From positions 1 to 59,518 of IMG/VR virus record IMGVR_UViG_3300030372_001749: a DNA stretch of 59,518 nucleotides; one strand, given 5' to 3'. The stretch comes from a virus. Lineage: Duplodnaviria; Caudoviricetes. Under the pieces are notes generated by a model, which saw only the letters and a list, made by a program, of their open reading frames with translations, was not told where the DNA came from and did not search any database. The translations under genes were made by a program, and so were the position numbers. Below, piece after piece: positions 1 through 8,142 of this stretch (within the stretch, counting starts at the first letter, position 1; each line of letters begins with the position of its first letter).

Positions 1-414
1 CTATCATTAATCTGACTTGTACCATCAAAACTTAAAGTAGAAGCAATAAGGTTTACAGTAGTGCTTGAAAACTGAGTAGTTCCACTAATATCAACTGTTG
101 CTGGTGTTTCTACAACTAAAGTCCCTCCAGCATTTTTTACTGTTAAAGCCACACCTTCCAATGTCATAGCAGTAGTAGCTATATTAGCTCCTACCGAACT
201 TGTTAACACATCATTTAAACTACAACATGTAACCGTTGGGCTATCTATCCATTGTATACCTCCTCCAGTAGAGCTTAATATCTGCCCTGGGTTTCCTGTA
301 GCACCTTGTGCTGTTACCGTTACAGGATATATATCTGTACAAGATATATTACCACTTGCACCTGTAAGTACAATAGGTTTTGTGGCTGTGTGGCCTGTAT
401 CTAATACAGACTGT
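1..414. repeat. Imperfect terminal direct repeat, copy A (vs 59114-59518)
   Basis: Bases 1-62 match 59114-59175 and 360-414 match 59464-59518 exactly; the middle is divergent. Confidence 0.9.
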
Positions 415-563
415 AAATCTTGAGCAACACCACCAGCCCCTACAATATCACTTACCTTAAACGTTACCGTTTCATTATCGTTATTAACGTCTGTTCCTAT
501 AAGTAAGTCATCCGCTGCTGGGGTTACCGTAGGGTATGCTGTAGTGTTTTCAATTTTTGCCAT
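1..563 (-). CDS. Tail fibre, N-terminal part (runs off the contig start, continues near 59113)
   Basis: Open frame from ATG at 563: MAKIENTTAYPTVTPAADDLLIGTD...LQSVLDTGHTAT...FDGTSQIND. The end overlaps the 57859-59208 ORF sequence. Not in ORF track. Confidence 0.8.
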   Translation of the reverse strand, partial: MAKIENTTAYPTVTPAADDLLIGTDVNNDNETVTFKVSDIVGAGGVAQDLQSVLDTGHTATKPIVLTGASGNISCTDIYPVTVTAQGATGNPGQILSSTGGGIQWIDSPTVTCCSLNDVLTSSVGANIATTAMTLEGVALTVKNAGGTLVVETPATVDISGTTQFSSTTVNLIASTLSFDGTSQIND

Positions 564-567
564 GTCT

Positions 568-1077
568 CTATATTTCTACTATTCTATATTGAAAGTTAAT
601 AGTTAGTGTTCCATCACCTTGCGTTGGGTTACCTGTAGATGCTTTGAATAATAAGTTGTTATTACCAACAACACTTCCTGCTCCAGGGCTAACATTTGAA
701 AGACCAGTGTAAGTAGAGCCTGCATTTAGTATAGTGGTACCTACTGTATTAAGTGTTACACTATCATACTCTAAGGTTGCATCAGTAAAGTTAAACGCTT
801 GTGTATTAAACGTTGTCTTATATACGATTGTTCCGTAAGGAACAATAATTTTATTAGCACCTTGAGCCGCTATTAATATGATAGGTGTTGTGAAAGAATT
901 TAATAACTCGGCTGTTGTTAAAGTTTTTACTAAAGTCTTAGTACCAAAGAATCCCTGAAATTCATTTACGGTGCAAGTCTTTGTTGCATCGCTATCGCTT
1001 ACATCTGTTAATATAACAAAGTCATTTGCTGTTGGGGTTACATTTGGGTAAGCTGTAGTATTACTTATCTTCGCCAT
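568..1077 (-). CDS. Virion/tail accessory protein with N-terminus paralogous to the tail fibre
   Basis: MAKISNTTAYPNVTPTANDFVILTDV aligns with the tail-fibre N-terminus; Thr/Gly-rich. Confidence 0.7.
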   Translation of the reverse strand: MAKISNTTAYPNVTPTANDFVILTDVSDSDATKTCTVNEFQGFFGTKTLVKTLTTAELLNSFTTPIILIAAQGANKIIVPYGTIVYKTTFNTQAFNFTDATLEYDSVTLNTVGTTILNAGSTYTGLSNVSPGAGSVVGNNNLLFKASTGNPTQGDGTLTINFQYRIVEI

Positions 1078-1306
1078 CTTTTTCTTTTTCTTTTATCTCG
1101 CCTGTCTCCATATTAATAATAGAGTCAGCACCGTATGTTTCCATTAATGACTTCTCTACTCCTTGGAACTCAGCTTTTAATTCTTCTACACGTAAACATA
1201 TTCCATGCTTCTGTAATGATAAATCTCCTAGCTGTGTTTTCAATTTGTTAAATTCAGCTGTCATTGTTTGGAGGCTGTTTAATTCCTCATCCGTAATTTT
1301 TTTCAT
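1061..1306 (-). CDS. Small coiled-coil protein (possible tail-fibre chaperone)
   Basis: Heptad pattern; ends YG...INMETGEI; upstream promoter at 1331-1338. Confidence 0.6.
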   Translation of the reverse strand: MKKITDEELNSLQTMTAEFNKLKTQLGDLSLQKHGICLRVEELKAEFQGVEKSLMETYGADSIINMETGEIKEKEKDGEDK

Positions 1307-1345
1307 TTTATTAGATTTTATTATTTTTTACAAAGATAGTAAAAC

Positions 1346-1756
1346 TTATTTATTACTATCCTTACTTGAACCTCCAAAGAAGAAATCAATAATTGTATTA
1401 ACCTTAGCACTCATCGCACCAAACACTGTAGAGATAAAACCTATTTCATATTCAGATAATTCTACATCGTGTAATACAAAGTATTTAAACATAATATATG
1501 TTAACCCAAAGTATGCAGCAGTAAATAGAGAAGCTAATATCTTTTGAATCAAAGCATCACTCTTATATAAAGACCTTGCATCTTTTCTATCTTCTACCTC
1601 TTTAGCAAAAGCCTCACGCTCTGCATCTAGTAAAAGTTTTTTAATATGCAACTTAGCCTGCTCTCTTTCTTCGTCTGTTGTTATAATCTCATCCAGTATT
1701 CCCTCTGCGTTATCAAATAACTTTCCGAATACTCCGCCTAATATTTTTCCTAACAT
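1346..1756 (-). CDS. Holin-like membrane protein (3TM-holin type)
   Basis: Amphipathic N-terminus, coiled coil, EVEDRKDAR motif, two TM segments, C-terminal FFFGGSS. Confidence 0.65.
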   Translation of the reverse strand: MLGKILGGVFGKLFDNAEGILDEIITTDEEREQAKLHIKKLLLDAEREAFAKEVEDRKDARSLYKSDALIQKILASLFTAAYFGLTYIMFKYFVLHDVELSEYEIGFISTVFGAMSAKVNTIIDFFFGGSSKDSNK

Positions 1757-1758
1757 AA

Positions 1759-1986
1759 TTATCTATTTTTAACTCTATCAATAAGTAAGTTTATTTTTTC
1801 TCTCAAATCACTTAACTCTTTTTTTATACCTTCTAGCTGTGAAGATAATGTCTCGTGTCTCTTGCTAAACTCATTCTTAACTTCTCGTATACTAAAAAAG
1901 AAAAACTGGTATAAAGCATATAAGCATCCTATCAGTAAAACAACTGATAACCCATATTGCTCTATTAACTCTAATGCCTTCTCCAT
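1759..1986 (-). CDS. Small membrane protein, holin/antiholin-like
   Basis: One TM helix followed by a coiled coil; lysis region. Confidence 0.55.
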   Translation of the reverse strand: MEKALELIEQYGLSVVLLIGCLYALYQFFFFSIREVKNEFSKRHETLSSQLEGIKKELSDLREKINLLIDRVKNR

Positions 1987-2279
1987 TAATATTTACCTCT
2001 TCTATTTTTTGGTGAGCTTTTTGTTGAACCTCCTTTACCAGCCCACAGTTTTTTACATGACCAGTATCTTGCGGTAAGTTTTGATTTTGCTGTACCACAT
2101 TTATGTCTAGCTTTAAAAGATTTACGTGCCGCAGATGAGTAGTTGTGACCATACCCCTTAGCACCAAAGTGAATAAGTTTTTCCTTACCACCCTCACAAG
2201 CCTTAACCATTTTTTTCTTCCCTGGTCTTGTGCTAGGTCTAACGACATTACACTTCATATTTTTTTTAGATACCGCCAT
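1986..2279 (-). CDS. Small basic phage protein (HFGAKGY...SFKARHKC...ARYWSC type)
   Basis: K/R-rich ORF; start/stop coupled to neighbours. Confidence 0.75.
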   Translation of the reverse strand: MAVSKKNMKCNVVRPSTRPGKKKMVKACEGGKEKLIHFGAKGYGHNYSSAARKSFKARHKCGTAKSKLTARYWSCKKLWAGKGGSTKSSPKNRRGKY

Positions 2280-2281
2280 GT

Positions 2282-2512
2282 TTAATATTTTTCATTAAGG
2301 TCCGACTCTAGTCTATCAATATGTTCTCTGTTATATCTAATATCGTTTTTGATTACCTCGATATTAAATGTTTTACTTTCTTCTTTTAACTCTGTAACCT
2401 TTTCACTTAAAGAATCAACCTGATGTTTTGCGTTATACCATACAGCAAGTATAGAGCATAAAAAAAATATTACTTTAATTACTAAGGAAACACTAATCTT
2501 TTGGTCCATCAT
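2282..2512 (-). CDS. Membrane-anchored coiled-coil protein (spanin/holin-like)
   Basis: N-terminal TM helix then coiled coil. Confidence 0.55.
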   Translation of the reverse strand: MMDQKISVSLVIKVIFFLCSILAVWYNAKHQVDSLSEKVTELKEESKTFNIEVIKNDIRYNREHIDRLESDLNEKY

Positions 2513-2757
2513 TTTTTCTTAGTTCTTACTTTTGCTTTACGTGTGTTACTTACAACTGTTTTTCCTTTTCTTTGTTCTCTTTTCTTTTTCCTTGCTGTCT
2601 TAGCTCTCTCTCTTTTACTTAATGACTTAGCTTTAGATAATGGTAAACATCTGTCTGGATTCTTTTTATCTTTACTTGTACCACACGCTCCTTTAATAGA
2701 ACCGTCTGTTCCAATACGAACCCACTTTTGGTCTCTCCATTTCTTTAACGCACCCAT
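2509..2757 (-). CDS. Small basic protein (LKKW..QKWV...CG...RCLP type)
   Basis: K/R-rich; overlaps neighbouring start/stop codons. Confidence 0.75.
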   Translation of the reverse strand: MGALKKWRDQKWVRIGTDGSIKGACGTSKDKKNPDRCLPLSKAKSLSKRERAKTARKKKREQRKGKTVVSNTRKAKVRTKKK

Positions 2758-2876
2758 TACTTTTTCTTAGGCTTCATAGATTTTAACATCTTATCAATCT
2801 TAGTGGCTTGAGCTTTATGCATAGCAGAAGCTTTCTTTAGTTCACTAGCTATTTGTTTTAGTTTTTTAGCATCCAT
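2757..2876 (-). CDS. 39-aa basic protein MDAKKLKQIASELKKASAMHKAQATKIDKMLKSMKPKKK
   Basis: Read manually; TAATG coupling at both ends. Confidence 0.65.
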   Translation of the reverse strand: MDAKKLKQIASELKKASAMHKAQATKIDKMLKSMKPKKK

Positions 2877-3031
2877 TACTTTTTACTTTTTTTTGCGTAG
2901 TTAGGGTCTTTACAATATTTACTCGCAGCCATGTTAGCGTAAGCTGAAGGGTATGTATCAAAAGTTCTTTTAGCCCAAGCAATACCTGCTGGACAAATCT
3001 TATTACCTTTAGTTCTTCCTTTCTTTGCCAT
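2876..3031 (-). CDS. 51-aa basic protein MAKKGRTKGNKICPAGIAWAKRTFDTYPSAYANMAASKYCK...
   Basis: Read manually; YPSAYAN motif typical of small phage proteins; coupled to next gene. Replaces ORF-track 2866..3051. Confidence 0.7.
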   Translation of the reverse strand: MAKKGRTKGNKICPAGIAWAKRTFDTYPSAYANMAASKYCKDPNYAKKSKK

Positions 3032-3034
3032 AGA

Positions 3035-3217
3035 TTAATATTTTTCTTCAAGCTTTATAGAACGACTTTCAAGCCTTGCTGCTCTTTTAAGTTTTCTGTC
3101 CGCTCTTTTTTCTCTACCTTCATCCACAGCTTTTCTTCCTTTATAAGCAACCTTTTGAGATTTTTTATAAAGTTTTTCAGCTCTTTTCTTACGGTTCATT
3201 TTTGTTTTACTAGACAT
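3035..3217 (-). CDS. Small basic protein
   Basis: ORF track, start moved to MSSKTK. Confidence 0.6.
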   Translation of the reverse strand: MSSKTKMNRKKRAEKLYKKSQKVAYKGRKAVDEGREKRADRKLKRAARLESRSIKLEEKY

Positions 3218-3227
3218 AAGTATAAAT

Positions 3228-3395
3228 TTATGAACCACAACCAATACAGTCTATGTGACTGTCCATTGGTTTGACTCCGTTTAGTTTCATTTTAATATTA
3301 TGAATCTCGTCTGCAATATCAGCTTTTTCTAAAAAGCTTTCTGTATTGTAAAACTTTTCTTCCAGCTCTTTTATCTTATTCTCTAACTCTGTCAT
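3228..3395 (-). CDS. Small protein with C-terminal CIGCGS
   Basis: Start MTELEN is coupled to the endolysin stop. Confidence 0.6.
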   Translation of the reverse strand: MTELENKIKELEEKFYNTESFLEKADIADEIHNIKMKLNGVKPMDSHIDCIGCGS

Positions 3396-3808
3396 TATAA
3401 GTCTGCGTATTCTGATGTAGCATCGTAACTCGGACATGCCTTACTAGAGAAGTCTCGATGACCATGAATCGAAGCATCTGGGTACATAGCTTTTAAAGTT
3501 CTAAGTACAGCAAGTAGTGCTTCCTTTTGTTTTGGTGTACGTGTATCTTTAGGTGTCTTACCATCTTCTTCTACACCACCACAGTAGCATATCCCTATAG
3601 AATATCTATTATGTCCTGCTACGTGTGCACCAATCTTAGCTATATCTCTACCTTTTAAAATGTTTCCATCTAGGTCAATATAGAAATGGTATCCTATATC
3701 ATTCCATCCTCTACCGTTAACATGCCAATCTCTGATTGTGTCAACAGAAATATACTGTCCCTCTCTAGTAGCTGAACAGTGTACGATAAGTTTATCAATC
3801 TTTCTCAT
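3395..3808 (-). CDS. Endolysin, N-acetylmuramoyl-L-alanine amidase (T7 lysozyme-like)
   Basis: HCSAT, GWNDIGYH, GAHVAGHN, GHRDF..KACPS zinc-amidase motifs. Confidence 0.92.
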   Translation of the reverse strand: MRKIDKLIVHCSATREGQYISVDTIRDWHVNGRGWNDIGYHFYIDLDGNILKGRDIAKIGAHVAGHNRYSIGICYCGGVEEDGKTPKDTRTPKQKEALLAVLRTLKAMYPDASIHGHRDFSSKACPSYDATSEYADL

Positions 3809-3967
3809 TTATTTTTTTGTTAGTTTCCAAAACTTATACAAGGTATAGCTTATAGCTAAACCTAAAGATACAAACTGAAGTATCTCGTTGCATTGTGTTA
3901 AGGTTAATCCTAGTGCTCCACCATTAGCTGCTAGTACTTCTACTGTATCTTTTGCGTGTCCGTTCAT
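3809..3967 (-). CDS. 52-aa holin-like protein
   Basis: Read manually: MNGHAKDTVEVLAANGGALGLTLTQCNEILQFVSLGLAISYTLYKFWKLTKK; directly upstream of the endolysin. Confidence 0.6.
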   Translation of the reverse strand: MNGHAKDTVEVLAANGGALGLTLTQCNEILQFVSLGLAISYTLYKFWKLTKK

Positions 3968-4047
3968 TATCTTGAATATGTTGTTGTATACCCTACTTCT
4001 ATGTAGGTATTAGTTTGTGTCCAATTCATGAATGTAAAGGTAGTAAA

Positions 4048-4290
4048 TTATTTTAAATCAGGGTTAGGCGGAAGTGACCACCCGTTAGCAGGGTCAGCTT
4101 GATAAGCTAACATTTCGCTATGCGTATATTTTTTCTTAGAATCTGCAATCGCTGGTACTGCGTCTGCAGGAAATGATATTATAAATTTATCGTCTGATAA
4201 GTTTTTACGTACTGTATTTGCAGAAGTCTGAATAACTTGTCCGTAGTTAACATCATTCAACTCATCAATATCTAATATACAATATATCAT
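4048..4290 (-). CDS. Hypothetical protein
   Basis: ORF coupled to the LamG gene. Confidence 0.65.
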   Translation of the reverse strand: MIYCILDIDELNDVNYGQVIQTSANTVRKNLSDDKFIISFPADAVPAIADSKKKYTHSEMLAYQADPANGWSLPPNPDLK

Positions 4291-5033
4291 GTTGGTACGT
4301 TTGTATTAATGTTAGCAGAAGTCATATTTGTCATTGTAAGGTTTAAGCTTCCTTGAGCATCTGCTATTGTTGGATAAGAACCTGGTCCACTTGGGTCACC
4401 CATTCTCCACCAGTTAATAAGGTTAGCAGCAAAAGCTTCTGCTTTTAAATCTGTTGGTTCTCCACTATTATAAAGTGTAGTAATCTCACCAGAACTTAAT
4501 TCTTTATTCCATATAGAGCATTCATCTAGTCTACCATTAAAACTATATGCCGCTGCCTTTCTTCCCATATGAAAACTTACAGCACCTGCACTAAAATCGG
4601 TAGTATCACTAATAGTTTTTTGGTCTAAGAAACTTCCATTCTTATACCATTTACTTGTGGCACTTCTATCTACTGCAAAGGTCCACATCTCCCATGCACC
4701 TACCGCAACGCTAGTAGAAGCTATATCACTCCATCCCGTACTTATAAATCGCATTCTATCATTGGTGCCATTAATAAATATTTCCCAATCGTTAGTTGCA
4801 TCTGAGAACATTATATACTCATCAGCTCCACTGTCTGCTATACGATATACCCAAAAATTAATTGTAAAATCAGCGGCACCTATACCAGGTACACTTGATG
4901 CATTGTCTAGGCTTTCATCTACCCCATCAAATTCTACGGAATAAAGATTAGTGAAAGCGTCAGGACCCATCCCAACACCTGCCTTCTCTTGGAAGGTATC
5001 ACCTGCTATGCCTATACCAATACCTGTAGCCAT
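4287..5033 (-). CDS. LamG/concanavalin A-like virion protein
   Basis: YSVEFDGVDE, FTINFWV, FNGRLDECSIWNKELS, WWRMGD motifs. Confidence 0.8.
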   Translation of the reverse strand: MATGIGIGIAGDTFQEKAGVGMGPDAFTNLYSVEFDGVDESLDNASSVPGIGAADFTINFWVYRIADSGADEYIMFSDATNDWEIFINGTNDRMRFISTGWSDIASTSVAVGAWEMWTFAVDRSATSKWYKNGSFLDQKTISDTTDFSAGAVSFHMGRKAAAYSFNGRLDECSIWNKELSSGEITTLYNSGEPTDLKAEAFAANLINWWRMGDPSGPGSYPTIADAQGSLNLTMTNMTSANINTNVPT

Positions 5034-5034
5034 T

Positions 5035-5565
5035 TTACCAAAGTGCTATAATATCTGAAGCTGTAGTATTTGTAACGTTAACTCGTCTAACTTGCGTAGG
5101 CATAAACGAAGCATTAGGTAAATTTTTAAACGTTAATCGAGCACCTGGTAAAACAGGAGTTGGACCCGACACATTAGCGAATACTACAGCTAAATTACCT
5201 GCTGTCCCTACGTAAAGTATACAACCGTTAGTTGCTTCATTATATATACTATAATTATCTCCAGCTCCCCCTGCATCTTCAGGTATTAAACTTAACTGTG
5301 TATTAGTATCTATACTTTTTACTGTATATGCTTTACCTGCAGTAGTATTATAAACGATAGCTCCTATCTTTATACCTGCTGTTGTAAATCTTGCTGAAGC
5401 ATCTGTTAAAGTAGTTGTACCTCCTCCTGCGGTAGCAAAGTTCCCAACATTTATAGTAGCACTTGTAGCTCTAGGAGTTACTATACTATTTACATCTGGA
5501 ATGTCTACAGTGTCTGATGGTATTACATCTAGTCCTTGTGATACTTGTAATTTTTGATATGCCAT
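5035..5565 (-). CDS. Virion structural (spike/decoration-like) protein
   Basis: LYVGTAGNLAV...FMPTQVRRV...TTASDIIALW. Confidence 0.6.
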   Translation of the reverse strand: MAYQKLQVSQGLDVIPSDTVDIPDVNSIVTPRATSATINVGNFATAGGGTTTLTDASARFTTAGIKIGAIVYNTTAGKAYTVKSIDTNTQLSLIPEDAGGAGDNYSIYNEATNGCILYVGTAGNLAVVFANVSGPTPVLPGARLTFKNLPNASFMPTQVRRVNVTNTTASDIIALW

Positions 5566-5572
5566 TTTTTAT

Positions 5573-5746
5573 TTATTTATCGTAAGGGAACATTCGGTTT
5601 AGAGAATCTCTACGTTTGTTACAACCGCAATCTTTTCCTGTAGCCTTTGCTACAGTCTCTACTGCCTTTTTGATTCCTGTAGCTGTAGTAAACTTCTCGA
5701 TACTATCGCCTAGTCCTCTTGATTGTCCTATCCTTGTTCTCTTCAT
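5573..5746 (-). CDS. 57-aa protein with GLGD...CGC..RR..LN motif
   Basis: Read manually; recurrent small phage protein pattern. Confidence 0.7.
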   Translation of the reverse strand: MKRTRIGQSRGLGDSIEKFTTATGIKKAVETVAKATGKDCGCNKRRDSLNRMFPYDK

Positions 5747-5883
5747 TTTTTACATTTACATTTTGAGTATGGACATAAAGGTAATGTAAACATTAGTCTA
5801 CTGATTAACCAGTTCCATCCACACTTCACTTTATTTCCGAATGCAATAAGTGCATTACCCATTCGTATTAATAGTTTTCCCAT
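5743..5883 (-). CDS. 46-aa Cys-containing protein
   Basis: Read manually (MGKLLIRMG...CPYSKCKCKK); ATGA overlap with next gene. Confidence 0.55.
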   Translation of the reverse strand: MGKLLIRMGNALIAFGNKVKCGWNWLISRLMFTLPLCPYSKCKCKK

Positions 5884-5884
5884 C

Positions 5885-6091
5885 CTATCTTTTTTTACAA
5901 CCAAAGTTATTAGCGTAGTTCGCCATCTTCATTACCTTTTCAGAATACTTTTTCTTATTCTTCATTACAGCAGAAGCAGCACTACAAGCATCTTTGAATC
6001 CGTTATTCTTAGCCCACTTAGTAAAAGCACCTTGTCGAGATTCTTTTATCTCTGGAAACTTTTCTTTCTTAGTTCTTCCTTTCGTTGCCAT
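5885..6091 (-). CDS. Small basic protein (GAFTKWA...ANYANN type)
   Basis: ORF track; K-rich. Confidence 0.7.
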   Translation of the reverse strand: MATKGRTKKEKFPEIKESRQGAFTKWAKNNGFKDACSAASAVMKNKKKYSEKVMKMANYANNFGCKKR

Positions 6092-6101
6092 GTGATTTTA
6101 G

Positions 6102-6488
6102 TTATTTATAGTACGTCGGACCTCTAGTACCCTTTACTTTAGTTTTCTTTTTTACAGTTCTACGTTTTTTGGATTTTGGGTCCACTGGAGAAAATTTTCC
6201 ATCAACATATTGGCCTCTAGGAGCTGTTTTAGTTTTTGTAACTTTCTTTTTTAACCTACCAAATTTATCATATTTCTTTTTTACAGTACCTTCAGTAGAA
6301 GTTATTTCCCTTCTATATCCATCATCTGTCTCACTTCTGTACTCAAACTCCTTAACCTCTTTTTTCTTTTTACCTCCTCTTACAATTTTTTTCTTGGTTT
6401 TAGTATATTTTTTCCCTTTTTTTGGTTTGTCTGGTCCATCAAAAGCACTTACTGCTAATGGTTGACTTAAATTTCTACGTATTGCCAT
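6102..6488 (-). CDS. Very basic Lys-rich protein
   Basis: ORF track. Confidence 0.65.
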   Translation of the reverse strand: MAIRRNLSQPLAVSAFDGPDKPKKGKKYTKTKKKIVRGGKKKKEVKEFEYRSETDDGYRREITSTEGTVKKKYDKFGRLKKKVTKTKTAPRGQYVDGKFSPVDPKSKKRRTVKKKTKVKGTRGPTYYK

Positions 6489-6492
6489 GTTT

Positions 6493-6736
6493 TCTTATTT
6501 ACGGATTAATTTTCCTATCTTCTCATTCTAGGTTCAGGACTAACATCTAAAGGTATAGAAGACCTAAATTGTAATTCTTGTTTTTTTTTCTTTCTTTCTG
6601 CCTCTCTTTTTGCATCTACTTGTGCTTTGAGTGCTGCTATTTTTTCTTCTGGTGTAAGCTTACGCTTTTCTACTAGCCTTTTCTTAACCTTTGTAGTATC
6701 TTTTCTTGGCATCTTATTTACGGATTAATTTTCCTA
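6493..6736. repeat. Perfect 25-bp direct repeats (6493-6517, 6712-6736) flanking one gene
   Basis: TCTTATTTACGGATTAATTTTCCTA occurs twice. Confidence 0.9.
6515..6712 (-). CDS. Basic hypothetical protein
   Basis: ORF track; lies between the direct repeats. Confidence 0.6.
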   Translation of the reverse strand: MPRKDTTKVKKRLVEKRKLTPEEKIAALKAQVDAKREAERKKKKQELQFRSSIPLDVSPEPRMRR

Positions 6737-6929
6737 AGTGTCCTTTAACACTTGATGGGTAACCTTTTTCATATCCCATTGAGTGGTCTCCACCATAAGC
6801 GTGTCCGTAATCTTTTTTAGACATTGCTTTAGACTCGTCTCTACGGTCTTTCATTGATTGTGAGTGAGCACCTCTGTGCTTCATTCCTAAAGACTCATCA
6901 AGCCTTGCGTTGTAACCTTGCTTTTTCAT
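6714..6929 (-). CDS. Small protein (QGYNARLDESLG...RRDESKAM type)
   Basis: ORF track; promoter at 6950-6957. Confidence 0.7.
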   Translation of the reverse strand: MKKQGYNARLDESLGMKHRGAHSQSMKDRRDESKAMSKKDYGHAYGGDHSMGYEKGYPSSVKGHLGKLIRK

Positions 6930-6968
6930 TTTAACGTATATTTATTTTACAAAGATAATAATTTTCTT

Positions 6969-7139
6969 TTAATACCCTGACACAGTTTTCTTTTCCATCC
7001 CATAACCTGGGTTATTCTTCTTAGAACCACCCATTAGTTTAGAAAACCAATCGGCTTGTGCTTTACCTGGTGCATTGTAAGGGAAAGTCTTCTTCATTTT
7101 TTTTCCTGTATCTGGACAGGAGTATGTAACTGTTGGCAT
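6969..7139 (-). CDS. 56-aa basic protein MPTVTYSCPDTGKKMKKTFPYNAPGKAQA...
   Basis: Read manually; promoter TATATTTG at 7157-7164. Confidence 0.65.
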   Translation of the reverse strand: MPTVTYSCPDTGKKMKKTFPYNAPGKAQADWFSKLMGGSKKNNPGYGMEKKTVSGY

Positions 7140-7177
7140 AATTTTGTAATTTTATACAAATATACAAATTTAATTTA

Positions 7178-7636
7178 ATGATAGAGAGAGACTACAAGTT
7201 CAACCCAGGGTACGACTATATGAAATACTGGAGGGTTATACGCTACTGGGCGAAGGCTAAGTACAAGATAGGTACACCCGATATAGATATGCTATTCTTC
7301 CTATACAGCGAACAGATTTTTAACAAGACAAAGTTTAAGGAGTTTGAACAGTGCATGTCGTGGGATGAACCAAGATTTCATAGGCTTCTAAAGGAAGGAT
7401 GGATACATGTTTGGCGGAAGAAGGCCGGGAAAGAGACAACACTATACGAGCTGTCCTATAAAGGTAAAAGACTTGTTACCGCACTATACCAAAAACTAAA
7501 CGGGGAGGAGATTGGTGAAAGCCCATCTATGAACCCACTATTTAGACACGATGCATCTTATATGGATAAGGTCTACCGTAATATGATTATAGAGATGAAT
7601 AAGTTTATAAAACAACAACGACACTCCGCTCAGTAA
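7178..7636 (+). CDS. Winged-helix (MarR-like) putative regulator
   Basis: RLLKEGWI...LYELSYKGKRLV wing pattern; lone plus-strand gene in the late arm. Confidence 0.6.
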   Translation: MIERDYKFNPGYDYMKYWRVIRYWAKAKYKIGTPDIDMLFFLYSEQIFNKTKFKEFEQCMSWDEPRFHRLLKEGWIHVWRKKAGKETTLYELSYKGKRLVTALYQKLNGEEIGESPSMNPLFRHDASYMDKVYRNMIIEMNKFIKQQRHSAQ

Positions 7637-7862
7637 TCACCGTATACGGATTATCCTCGATTAACATCTCGTGACTACCCGACTCATCGTAGTAGATGAT
7701 GTCACCATCGTCTATTACCTCAACATCGGTACCCGACTTTACAACCTCGCCTTTCTTATATCGAAACTCCGAAGCATCTTGAGCAGATAGTAATAACCCA
7801 GACTCTGTCTTTAACTCTTCCTTAATCTTTTTAATTATAATATATTTTCCTATTGGCTTCAT
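7605..7862 (-). CDS. groES: Co-chaperonin GroES (Cpn10)
   Basis: MKPIGKYIII...KTESGLLL...GEVVKSG...GDIIYY; near groEL. Confidence 0.88.
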   Translation of the reverse strand: MKPIGKYIIIKKIKEELKTESGLLLSAQDASEFRYKKGEVVKSGTDVEVIDDGDIIYYDESGSHEMLIEDNPYTVITERSVVVVL

Positions 7863-8002
7863 TCTTCAAAATCATTTTCAACAACAATATGTAAACTAAC
7901 TAGCGGTAAGTACAACGCATGGGTAGTAAATCCTATATCGTGATAAGACCTCATCCCTATAACTATCCCTGGATAAAACCCAACGTTTACTTCAAAGCTC
8001 AT
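7859..8002 (-). CDS. 47-aa hypothetical (MSFEVNVGFYPGIVIGMRSY...)
   Basis: Read manually; ATGA overlaps on both sides. Confidence 0.55.
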   Translation of the reverse strand: MSFEVNVGFYPGIVIGMRSYHDIGFTTHALYLPLVSLHIVVENDFEE

Positions 8003-8142
8003 CTTACGTTTAATGGTATTGTCTTAGTTAACCAATCCTCAAAAGAAATATTTACAGGTATAAACCCTTTTCTTTTAAAAGATATATAATATCCCCATTC
8101 TTGTTGGCGTTGTTCTTTGGTTAATAGTTTACTTGCTTTCAT
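7999..8142 (-). CDS. 47-aa hypothetical (MKASKLLTKEQRQQEWGYY...)
   Basis: Read manually; ATGA overlap with groEL stop. Confidence 0.5.
   Translation of the reverse strand: MKASKLLTKEQRQQEWGYYISFKRKGFIPVNISFEDWLTKTIPLNVR

Noticed and set aside
1-414. End repeats as a DGR template/variable pair or true terminal repeats
   Set aside because: Differences are not adenine-specific and include an indel; no reverse transcriptase; the repeat lies mid-gene.
1892-3051. ORF-track entries 1892..2248 and 2866..3051
   Set aside because: Alternative frames over better-supported, translationally coupled genes.
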